From positions 3,540,299 through 3,604,298 of the forward strand of contig NC_069007.1 of NCBI RefSeq assembly GCF_001194135.2: DNA of 64,000 nucleotides, read 5' to 3'. The stretch is from Octopus bimaculoides (Eukaryota). Shown one piece after another: positions 13,372-24,565 of this stretch; positions within the stretch are counted from its first letter, which is position 1; every line of letters starts with the position of its first letter. A model generated the notes under the pieces. It was not told the origin of the DNA and did not search any database. It worked only from the letters and a program-made list of their open reading frames with translations. The translations under genes were made by a program, and so were the position numbers.

Positions 13372-14139
13372 ATTCTGATTGGCTGACTGGCTGGTCTCAC
13401 AGCAGGGTTTCCACCAATCAGATTTGTGGGATGCTGTCAGTAGATGTATGACATCATCACTAGCTCTGGTTGCTTTTAATTAGCTGGAAGATGATTATAG
13501 AAGACAGGAGGTAGGATACAAGTCTGGAGAGAAGGGGTGGATTTGACTGAATCAAACCCTGCTGAAACCCCTACCGAAGTGTATTACTATATTTGTTTGT
13601 TCTTGTTGTCTCTGTTCCTTTCTCACCCTAGGAGATGAAAATGCAATGATTAACCCCGCTGGGATTAGGACTTGAAATTCTGAATGCAAAAGGTCAAGAC
13701 GAAATATACTAACAGGCAGGAAATGTTATTATTGGCAGGATTTTTCCAAGTCCTTTATAAACATATGTCCATAATAATTCTAACTACTTTTACCCCCTAA
13801 AATATAAGGCTTTTGTCTGGCCAGAGGAAAACAAAGCTGAAACATCATTATCATTACTATTCTGCTGCAGTCAACTTTGCCTTTCACCCCAGTTGATAAA
13901 ATAAGTACCAGCGTACCAGTCATGTACTGGGGTGATGTAATCGTCTTGCCCCTCCCTTCAAAATTGGTGGCCTTGTGCCAAAATTCGAAACCATTCTTAC
14001 TGTTGTGGATTAATAGAATTGTTAGAACATCAGACGAAATATATTAGAATCTAACAAAATTGTCTGACAAATGGGAACATGAAACTCTAGTTTTTGTGAT
14101 ATTTCTGCTGCTTTTAAATAAAGTATGTATGTATATATG

Positions 14140-14191
<52 letters not shown>

Positions 14192-14617
14192 GCAAAAATT
14201 TAGATTCAGGTGAATATGGTACTTAAGTTGAGGCATTAGAATTTAGTAAGGTATTATCCATACAGTTTCAAAGTAAGGTGATTAAAATCAAAATAAGCAA
14301 CAAGGATATCCAGAGATAACGCAGAATGATCGTTTCAAGCAACTCTGTTTAATTGAACAATGCAATCATTACATCAATTTAAATGCAGAGCAATCCTCAG
14401 CTGCATAAATACATAGAATTTAATTAAATTAAAACAGATGGACACATTAGTAGAATTTTACCTAAAACCTCCAAGAAGGTAAGGAGATAGACAAAGAAGA
14501 TGCTGTCTTCACTTCAGCTTAGAAGCTGATGAGGTATCAGGAAGAAAGACTTGTTAGGGATCTAGCTTATCAGTTTTTTGGGGTCAGTTTTAATTTATAG
14601 TCTTGTTTACCAAATAT

Positions 14618-14668
<51 letters not shown>

Positions 14669-16230
14669 CATACACACACACACACACATATAAATATATA
14701 AACAAAATCTTCTTCATTTGTGTTGCATAAATTTTCTGCAATGAAGCTGTGAAGAAGTGTTGTCCTATATTCTGAGCATGTGTGCCAATAGTCACTGGTT
14801 GAAATCCAACACCATTCAGTGAGATATGTCTTCTTGTTTTTTTTTTTCACTAAATCCCTTTCGATAGGAAGACAAAAATCTAAACCACTGATGTTGTTTA
14901 TTATTATTGTTATTACGGATATAATTATATAAGTACCAGTCAAGTACTGAGGGTTGATAGAATTGGCTAAGTTCTACCCCCTAAAATTACTGACCTTATC
15001 CCATGCCTTTCATTCTTACGGGGTCGATTAAGTACCAGTTATGCACTGGGATCAATACAATCGACTTAATCCCCTCCCCCAAGCTACCCTTCTGTCAAAA
15101 ATTTGAAATCATCATTATCAGTAGTAGTAGTAGTATTAAAGTGGTTAGCTGGCAGAATCTTTAGCATGCCGGGCAAAATGCTTTGCAGCATTTCGTCTGT
15201 CTTTATGTCCTGGGTTCAAATTCTGCAGAGGTAGCCTTTCATCCTGTTGGGGTTGATAAATTAAGTACCAGTGAAACAATGGGGGTCGGTGTAATCGACT
15301 TTCTCCCCTGCCCCAAATTTCAGGCCTTGTCCCTTCAGTAGAAAGGATTATTATTATTGCTAGTGTTATTGGAAGGTGGTGAGGTGGTGGAATCGTTAGT
15401 GCTTTGGACAAAATGCTTTGTGGCGTTTTGCCTGTCTTCGTGTTCTGAGTTCAAATTCCACTGAGGTTGACTTTGCATTTCATACTCTCAGGGTCATTAA
15501 AACAGGTACCAGTTGAACACTGGAGTCGATGTAATTGACCCACCTCCTAGTCCGAACATGTCGGTCTTCGGCCAAAATTTGAAATCATTAAAATAATTAT
15601 CGTTAGTGAAGGATGACAAACGGGCAGAATTGTTTAGTGTAGTGGACAACAGGCTAAGCACCATTTCTTCAAGTTCTTTCCATTCTGACTTCTAATCCCT
15701 CCAAGGTCAACTTTGCTTTCACTCCTTTGGTGAGGTGATGAAATAAGTACCAGTTACACATTGGGGGTCGATATAATCAACTTAGTCCCCTCTCCCAAAA
15801 TTTCAGGCCTTGTACCTATTAGTAGAAAGGATTATTATCAAAGTGAAGAGCTGGCGTAATCTTAAATGCAACAGAAAATTCTTTTGTGTATTTCTTCCAA
15901 ATTATTATTATTATTATTTTTCCACCACAAATTCTTTTATCTGTTCAATGCTTAAGCTCTAGTACTGCTTCTGTGTGGCCGTTAATTTTTGCTAGAAATT
16001 GCAACCAACTTTCCCTCAAATCAAACCAAACTGTCTCTCTCTCTCACAAACACTCAGGTAACTATCAGACACTGACATATGCTGTTGTTTAGCAAAGTGC
16101 TAATTACATAATTTATGTTAATTTTAATAAGATAACTAATGAAGATGTGGTGCATGTGTGCATGTGTTTGTACATATATATATATATGTATGTGTATATA
16201 TATATATATATGTATATGTACACATATACA

Positions 16231-16262
<32 letters not shown>

Positions 16263-16412
16263 CACATACAATAAAATCATCATCATTATCGTTTAACGTC
16301 TGCTTTCCATGCTGGCATGGGTTGGACGATTTGACTGAGGACTGGCAAGCCAGAAGGCTGCACCAGGCTTCAATCTGATTTGGCAGAGTTTCTACAGCTG
16401 GATGCCCTTGTA

Positions 16413-16461
<49 letters not shown>

Positions 16462-19400
16462 TTTGATAGAACTTATATTAAATTTCTAGAACTTAGGGGG
16501 TTTTATGTTCACAAAAATCAACAACAATGACACTGTTGTCGACTTCAATGGAATGTTGGAGTTTCATTTAAGATTTTAAATTCTACTTGAAAATTGTTGT
16601 TTTTTTTTGGAAAAATGAAACTTGAGATTTCAGACATTTAAATTCAAATTCTATTAGAAAGAATTGTTTTTCCACTTTTCCAATGTTGAGTTCCCAGCTT
16701 TCCAGTTTGTTCTGATGATGATGTAAATGTGTATTAGACAATATTGTCGTAGATATTTGTGAAAAAAAACAGTGTGTTCATGGTTGTGTATAGAAACTGG
16801 AATGAATCCTGTTACTTGTATGATTCGGGAGAGTCAGTTTGGTCATGTTGCTTGATTATCTGAGTTGGATCTGGTGTATCTTATTCTCTTCTCTGAGGCT
16901 GGGGTGACATGGTCATGTTGGTTGGCCACATGCCCCTGGGTTCGATTTCTTTGACTAAAGGTGGTGCTCCAGCATGGCCACAGTCAAATGACTGAAACAA
17001 GTAAGAGTATCTATCACACTCTGCCAAGACAAGTAGACACATCATCATCATTTAAGGTCCATTTTCTATCCTGCCAAGGGCCACTCGCAGAGATCTGGAC
17101 CAACTGAGACACTGCTCGGAGGGTTGCCAGGGACAACCCAAGCAAATAACAATAAATTGTGGATGCAACAATGCACTGCTATGGTGCATGCCACCATTCT
17201 TGATCTGACGCATTGGTGGCTAGAATACTTTTGGTCATAAGCTCATTGGAGACCATCACGAAGCGGGATGGGTGACCATCACAAAGTGGGATGGGTGACT
17301 ATTCAAGCATAAATCAAGCTCTGGTTTTTATCAAGGAACAGAAAAGCAAGCGTGAATGAGATTTTTATAAAACATGAAATACTATGTGAGGTTTAGCTGT
17401 AATCGTAAGAGAAAGTTAATACCAACCAGGCAGGGCCCTGCTGTTACAAAGCTAACTGTAATTTGTTTAAAAAATGTATTTCCTAAGGGGAAAAAAAAAA
17501 TATTATTTTCTTGTTTAAAACAATATTTTTGTATTTATTTGAAAAGAAATCAATTTTAAATAATAAAGATATTTTTTTTAAGAAACAATTTTTTTGTATT
17601 GTTCTCGTTTCTATTGTTAAGACGACAAACTGGTAGAACTGCTGGTAAGCCAGGCAAGATTTGTACGTTCTGAGTTCAAACTCCACCAAGGCTCACTCTG
17701 CCTTTCATCCTTTGGTGGGGGGGGGGGGGGGGAGTCGATAAAAATAAGTACCAGGGGATGATATAATTGACTCAGCCCCTGTCCTGAAATTGCTGGCCTT
17801 GTGCTAAAAGTTGAAATTAATTAAAGGCAGAGTTCAAATTCCGACAAGGTTGACTTGGCTTTTCATCCTTTCAGGGTCGATAAAATAAGTACCAGTCATG
17901 CACTGGGGTTGATGTAATCGACTTACCCACCACCCCTGAAATTGCTGGCCTTGTGCCAGAATTTGAAACCATTATGGTGGTGAGCTGGAAGATTCGTTAG
18001 CACACCGGATAAAATGCTTAATGGTATTACGCTCTGGTTGGCCCGAGCCTATAGTAGAAGACACTTGCCCAAGGTGCCATGCAGTGGGACTGAACCCTGG
18101 AACCATGTAGTTGGTAAGCAAGCTACTTACCACACAGCCACTTCATTTTGGAAATTACAAATTTTTCAAAAAGTCCCAAAAAGGGGATCGCAGAAAAAAA
18201 AGCCTATTTATCCTTTTCTATTTGTAATAATAAGCATTTTAGTTTTTTTTTTGAAACTATATCAAATGCAAATGTGCGAAATGCAAAAAAAAAAAAAAGT
18301 TTTCAGAAGTCAATAATTTTGTCGTTCAAAAAACTGTGATTTATAACATAAAATATCCTAGANNNNNNNNNNNNNNNNNNNNNNNNNNNNNNNNNNNNNN
18401 NNNNNNNNNNNNNNNNNNNNNNNNNNNNNNNNNNNNNNNNNNNNNNNNNNNNNNNNNNNNNNNNNNNNNNNNNNNNNNNNNNNNNNNNNNNNNNNNNNNN
18501 NNNNNNNNNNNNNNNNNNNNNNNNNNNNNNNNNNNNNNNNNNNNNNNNNNNNNNNNNNNNNNNNNNNNNNNNNNNNNNNNNNNNNNNNNNNNNNNNNNNN
18601 NNNNNNNNNNNNNNNNNNNNNNNNNNNNNNNNNNNNNNNNNNNNNNNNNNNNNNNNNNNNNNNNNNNNNNNNNNNNNNNNNNNNNNNNNNNNNNNNNNNN
18701 NNNNNNNNNNNNNNNNNNNNNNNNNNNNNNNNNNNNNNNNNNNNNNNNNNNNNNNNNNNNNNNNNNNNNNNNNNNNNNNNNNNNNNNNNNNNNNNNNNNN
18801 NNNNNNNNNNNNNNNNNNNNNNNNNNNNNNNNNNNNNNNNNNNNNNNNNNNNNNNNNNNNNNNNNNNNNNNNNNNNNNNNNNNNNNNNNNNNNNNNNNNN
18901 NNNNNNNNNNNNNNNNNNNNNNNNNNNNNNNNNNNNNNNNNNNNNNNNNNNNNNNNNNNNNNNNNNNNNNNNNNNNNNNNNNNNNNNNNNNNNNNNNNNN
19001 NNNNNNNNNNNNNNNNNNNNNNNNNNNNNNNNNNNNNNNNNNNNNNNNNNNNNNNNNNNNNNNNNNNNNNNNNNNNNNNNNNNNNNNNNNNNNNNNNNNN
19101 NNNNNNNNNNNNNNNNNNNNNNNNNNNNNNNNNNNNNNNNNNNNNNNNNNNNNNNNNNNNNNNNNNNNNNNNNNNNNNNNNNNNNNNNNNNNNNNNNNNN
19201 NNNNNNNNNNNNNNNNNNNNNNNNNNNNNNNNNNNNNNNNNNNNNNNNNNNNNNNNNNATTGACCCCAAAAGGACAAGAGGCAAAGCTGACCTCAGCAGA
19301 ATTTGAACTCAGAACATAGTGACAGGTGAAACACTAAGCATTTCATCCAGCGTGCTAATGATTCTGCCAGCTCACCACCTTCACGGGGTTACATAATAAA

Positions 19401-19683
19401 AAAATAAAATAGCAGCTGGCTCACCAGTCCTCAGTCAAACCGTCCAACCCATGCCAGCATGGAAAGCGGACGTTAAACGACAATGATGATAATGATGACA
19501 GCCCTACCTGCACCTATGTCTGAAAATAAGACAGGATGGTCAAGACTGGAATGCCCCTGATCAAAGGTCTCCAGATTCAAGGATGACTAGGGGCTAAGTA
19601 TAAGAAAGGAAATGGGGAGAGAACACAGCAGTAATTTAAAAAGCACAAGAGAACAAAATTTAACAGTGTTTGCTCAGCCGTAC

Positions 19684-22548
19684 CTGGTTGTCCAAAATTG
19701 GTTGTAACATAGAACTAGCAGACCCAGCAGCTCGGCATTGCTCCCTTTGGTAAGATCCGACAGGATCGAAACTATACACGGCCCCTTTACCTGGAACAAC
19801 GAAAACACATAAATTAGAGAGACATAGGGGAGAAACCTCACCCACTAAAAATCCTCATTTTGTCCATCCACCACCCTCATCATAAACAACAACAATCCTT
19901 TCTATTAAAGGCACAAAGCCTGAAATTTTTGGGAGAAATAACTCACCATCTTCATCAATTCCAGCGATGAGGTTGTATGTGTAATAAGGAAAGAAGCGTC
20001 TGTAGTAGAGAATGGTAGACAACATGGCTGCAACCGCATTGCAGGACATTACTTTATGATGGTCGTGTTCATAGATCTGAAAATACAAAAAGCAAACATC
20101 ATATCTACTCTCAGCCAAGGGAACGGGCTTGGACGGATCGACGGGGAAAGAAGACCCTGGGTGCTTTTAATGTGGCACTGGGACAAGCACTTTCACGTGG
20201 CACCAGCAAAGATAACAACAAAAACATTGTGAAAAAGAAAAAGAAAACAAAAAACAATTACCTTCAGACGAGCTTCAATAATTTTTGTTAAAGTAAGGAC
20301 ATCTCCATGGAAACCAACACAACCCAAAACTGTTGAGTCAGTCCTGTGAATGAGACAAATTCAATTTTCATTTTTTGAGGAAAAGAATAAAAACAAGATT
20401 TGTTGTATCTTGAGAGGTTCCTCACGCACACACTGATTCTGCTTCACTCTGTTTATCATTACCAATCAATTAGTTAATCATTTAACCAATCAACCAATCA
20501 ACTATTTGGTCAAACAATCAATCAACCAGCTAAGTTCAGCTCTCTCTACTCCAAGGCCTTGAATGGTGACGAAAGGACTTTGAAAAACCTAGCTGACTGA
20601 CTGAATAATTAATCAAGCAATCAATTAGTTAATTGGTTAACACTTCAACATTCAAACTGGTCGTATCTGACCCAAATATTCTGCCTGTTGTATGTTCAAA
20701 CCAGTCAGATCCAGCCTCTCACACCTACCCTACTATGTCATTCTAAAAATATACAGTTACATCATTGAAATCTTGAAGGTATGAGAAAAAAAGAATAACA
20801 CCTTACACTTTGTAACTTTTGGGGGAATTTCGAGTATGAATAGTGAAACCTTCACTCAGTCGAGTGTCTGAAGCAATTATGGCATAGTCCTCACCAGACA
20901 ATCCTAGAACAGTTCTGTAAATAAAATAGAGAGAGCAGAGTTATAATAGCATTCAAATAAGGGGACAGTGTTACCTTAATATGCAAATAACAGAGAAGGA
21001 CTTTAACCCTTTCGTTACTGGATTAATATTGAGATGCTCTGTTTCATTCAATTAATTTTAAATATCACAAATAATTTAGTAAAATAACTTTGTTATCATT
21101 CAGTTAGTGTTGGGAACATAAATTGTGACTAAGGTTTGGTGGAAGATTTTAATTCAAAACTTATGGAAACAAGACATTTGTACTCAGAGCCAGAGCTGGT
21201 TTCAGCCGATTTGGTAACCAAAGGGTTAAAAAAACATCTAGAGCTTAATGGGACATAGCTACATACAGTGAAAGAACAGCTATGTAGTTAATTGACCTGG
21301 TAAAAGTAGCAGTCAATTTTCCTTCAAATCATAACCTACCACCTTCAAGAAAAATATACAAGCGTATGTCACATAATGTAGGTAGTTTTTAGATAGACTG
21401 AATAAAAAGGGTGGTCATGGCTGGAACACATAAGTTGCCTGGGACCAAGCAACAGATAATATATTACTTTTGATCCTAAGGAAGGGAGCTGACAGAATCA
21501 TTAGCACGCCAGACAAAATGCTTAGCGGTATTTTTTCCATCTGTACATTCTGAGTTCAAATTTCAGAGTTCGACTTTGCCCTTCATCCTTTTGGGGTCAA
21601 TAAATTAAGTACCAGTGAAACACTGGTGTCAAAATTTGAAGCCATTATTACTTTTTGATCAAGCTCGGAAATCTCCATTCTTATATGGACCCCCGTTGTA
21701 GAATTACTGGTGGTCTCCGGTTCAATCCCACTACATGGCATCTTGGGTGAATGTATTCAACCACGAGCGAACTAAATATGTTTAATTGTTTTCTTTTACT
21801 ATACAGCTGAACTTGTTTGATACCAAAAAAGATCATAAATATGTTCGATCAGGGCTGATTTGATCGAGTCATGATCATCTCTTCTTTTTCCTATGAACAG
21901 GAAACCAAGGATCTTTTTAAAGACGGCAGGATATGATTTGAGATTTGGCTGCTATTTCTAACATCACAATTATTATTGCCTACACAGATAAAGAAATAGT
22001 TCAATAGTTCAACTGTAAAAGAGTTAAACAAAATGCTTGGCTGTATTTCTTTCGTCATTTTATCTTCTGGTCAACTGCTGGGGGTTTTTTTTTCAAAAGG
22101 TAAAAAATGTGCTTAGGGCCTGAGCCATGGACATGCAAGCTTTTTGGGACAATGGGACAACTGACCGATCAAGACCGTGAAGCCTGGTGTTTTACCGTCC
22201 TCCGATCAACAGCCTCCGTCGAAGATACCCGCAAGATTTACCTTACAGACAAGAAAAAAGAGATAAAACATGGACATTACAACCAACCCCGATCAGCCTA
22301 CCCTTCTGATACAGTGCGATCGTGTCTCTTTGTCCCGAATTAAAGATCGTTGGGGACATCAAACAAGCGTGCGATTAACACGGGACATCTTTGTCCGTAG
22401 ATCTCCTCTGGTGAATCCAAGACATAATAAGAGACACAAGATGCAATATACAACACATACAAAGAAACAGCGATGCCATAACTACTCACCCTCCATTCAT
22501 AGCATAAGGAGAGAAATGAGCCTCCACCGGCTTTTTGTAGTCGTCCAT
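19684..22548 (-). CDS. PSMB1: Proteasome subunit beta type-1 (beta6), 3'-incomplete. Exons 22548-22490, 20914-20807, 20343-20262, 20076-19947, 19790-19684; terminal exon not seen.
   Basis: Spliced translation [162 protein letters not shown] matches PSMB1. All introns are GT-AG with consistent phase. An extra upstream exon cannot be excluded. Confidence 0.95.
21003..21229. mobile_element. piggyBac-like MITE family 1 (TTAA|CCCTTT...AAAGGG|TTAA); tandem copies at 51969-52416 and fragments at about 28770-29190
   Basis: TTAA on both flanks, CCCTTTCGTTAC/GTAACCAAAGGG termini and a shared internal sequence between copies. Confidence 0.7.
22102..22410 (-). ncRNA. Candidate structured ncRNA (7SK-like GAUC hairpins) in PSMB1 intron 1
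   Basis: A GC-richer island with six GATC sites that pair as three hairpins, and a GGGACAA/TTGTCCC long-range complement. It ends in a T6 run. Identity is unproven. Confidence 0.3.
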
Positions 22549-22887
22549 CCTGGTACTAAATTATTAATTACAACTGAAAGGATTAATTGTATTTCTGGGC
22601 TTTACTTCTCTTGGTTTCCTCAAATATATAATATGACACAGCACTTTCCGGTTGTCTGTAATGTCCGCACTGAATATATTACTGAAATTTCATTGGATGA
22701 TATTGTTAAATATAGCGGTATACTGAATTGAAACGAAAACATCGTTAAAATAAATAAATAAAGATCATTTGGGATCAGTCCTTCTCATAACGTTTGAATT
22801 TTATTTAATTATGATTTTATATCGGTTATTATTATAAATCCCGCTCCCTCGCTTGTCGTACTCGTTGATCCAGTCGTCCCCGTATAT

Positions 22888-23444
22888 ACTGTACCGGACC
22901 TCTTATCCGGCTTCTACAAATCCCGGAATACTGGGTCATACTAAATAATAAACGGGATCCTGTATTGAGTACACAGGACCTTGCTTTTGAAGTTGGTTAA
23001 TTTGCATACGGTGTGTTAAGAACAGTTTTCTTTTTATAACGAAAGATAAAGATTAAATATACTCTGTTTTAGAAGCGAATTAATATGTACCCATATTTGT
23101 TACATATAATCATGTTCTTTACTTTTCTTCATTTAATTTTTATCCTACAAACATTATATTATATACAAGATGCAGTATGAAATATTTTAATAATTTAAAT
23201 CGATTAATAAATACCAAATAGACCCTGCTAGAAATGTATTAATTTGAATTTATTAAAAATAACATAGCTCTTTATTTTCCATAGTTTATTTTATAATTTA
23301 AGTATCTATTTAAGCATATATTTTAAGTATATATTTTATATTCTAAATATATATATATTTAGGCTGTCTCCAGAAAACCTGAAAATCCAAAAATCCGGGA
23401 CACTTCCGGTTTTGAGTTTGCCGGATAATTGGTCCGGTTCCGTA
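22888..23444. promoter_or_regulatory. Bidirectional promoter region of PSMB1 and LSM2
   Basis: The start codons diverge and are about 950 bp apart. Two CCGG/CCGGA(A/T) clusters (ETS-like, including CACTTCCGGT at 23401) flank a very AT-rich spacer. Confidence 0.65.
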
Positions 23445-23499
23445 ACAAGACTTTAAATATTTACTGCGGAGAATTGTCGGTTGTTAGACACGCGGCAAC

Positions 23500-24522
23500 A
23501 TGGTGAGTTAGAAATTTATTTATCTTAAAAACCCGAATTAATAAGTCAGCCGGTGGCTGTTATACATCATATATCCGCACTAATAAACTCATTAATAGGT
23601 TTAGGTAACGTTATATAGCTCTAATTGAAGCAGCTACACAAATAAAACAAACAGTGTCCCAGTGGTTTTTAATTACACAGTTCTATTGTTTGACAATTCG
23701 GGGGTCTTTGTCAAAACCGAATAATTAAAACACTACACCCCCTATTTCATTTTTTATATTAAGAGTATTTTTTCTTTTCACTCTTAAAAAACTGAGATAT
23801 TAAATAGGAATTAACTACACTATGAGTAGTATATACATACATTTAACCAGGAACTGACTCCAAAAACGAAAGTAAAACCTTTATTTCTGGAGTTTATATA
23901 TTATTATAGTGTGTGTGTGTGTATATATAGTGTATATTAAACACAATATAAAGCGTGTCATTTGGAATAATATAAATTTCGTAGTTTCCTTACAGTTTCT
24001 CAGACTCGTGTAAAAATTACGATGCATGTATGTCTAACCTTACATTTTTACCTACAAAACTATAAAACGAGTCACCTGTTTATGAGGTCTGTTTAGAGCA
24101 TTACCCGTATACCCGTCGGCTACCGGCTTTGTTTCCTCATTACATTTAGAAACAAATATTCTTTGATGAAATTTTCTGTACATATCTGATTGGGTAGATT
24201 CTGATTATATCGGAATTTAACGTGGGGAAGAAAAAAATGCTGGGCTCACACACACATGTTGACACACATTGCATATATGTGTGTGTTAGTATGTATATGT
24301 GCTTGCCTGTTGATTTATTTTTTCATTAAATGCCAATACGCTTGTTATCTGTGCCATTTGAAAGGTATTTGTGGAAAATTTCATGAAAAAAAACAACACA
24401 TTTTTGTGAAAGTTATGCAGAAACGAAGTCGGTGGTGAAGACACACTTGTGTAGATATTACTTGGTCAGAGCAAACTTAGAGGGGAAAAAGAAGTCGAGT
24501 GGAAAGGAGGGTAACAATTTTC

Positions 24523-24565
<43 letters not shown>

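Noticed and set aside
14500-14560. CTGATGA...GAAA as another hammerhead
   Set aside because: Stems II and I cannot be paired.
14590-14943. ORFs as a possible PSMB1 last exon or a separate gene
   Set aside because: No PSMB1 motif in any frame and the ORFs run into microsatellite. More likely 3' UTR or intergenic.
18303-19319. Longest ORFs in the track (over 300 aa)
   Set aside because: They consist almost entirely of N-gap X residues.
22102-22410. Telomerase RNA, RNase P or RNase MRP identity for the intronic island
   Set aside because: No suitably placed CUAACCCU template or P6.1, and no P4-forming CR-I/CR-V motifs.
22830-22990. Possible Pol III small RNA (TATAAA ... TTTT, hairpins, UGAG loop)
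   Set aside because: No match to U6, U6atac, Y, vault, MRP or telomerase RNA motifs. It is better explained by the mirrored promoter module.
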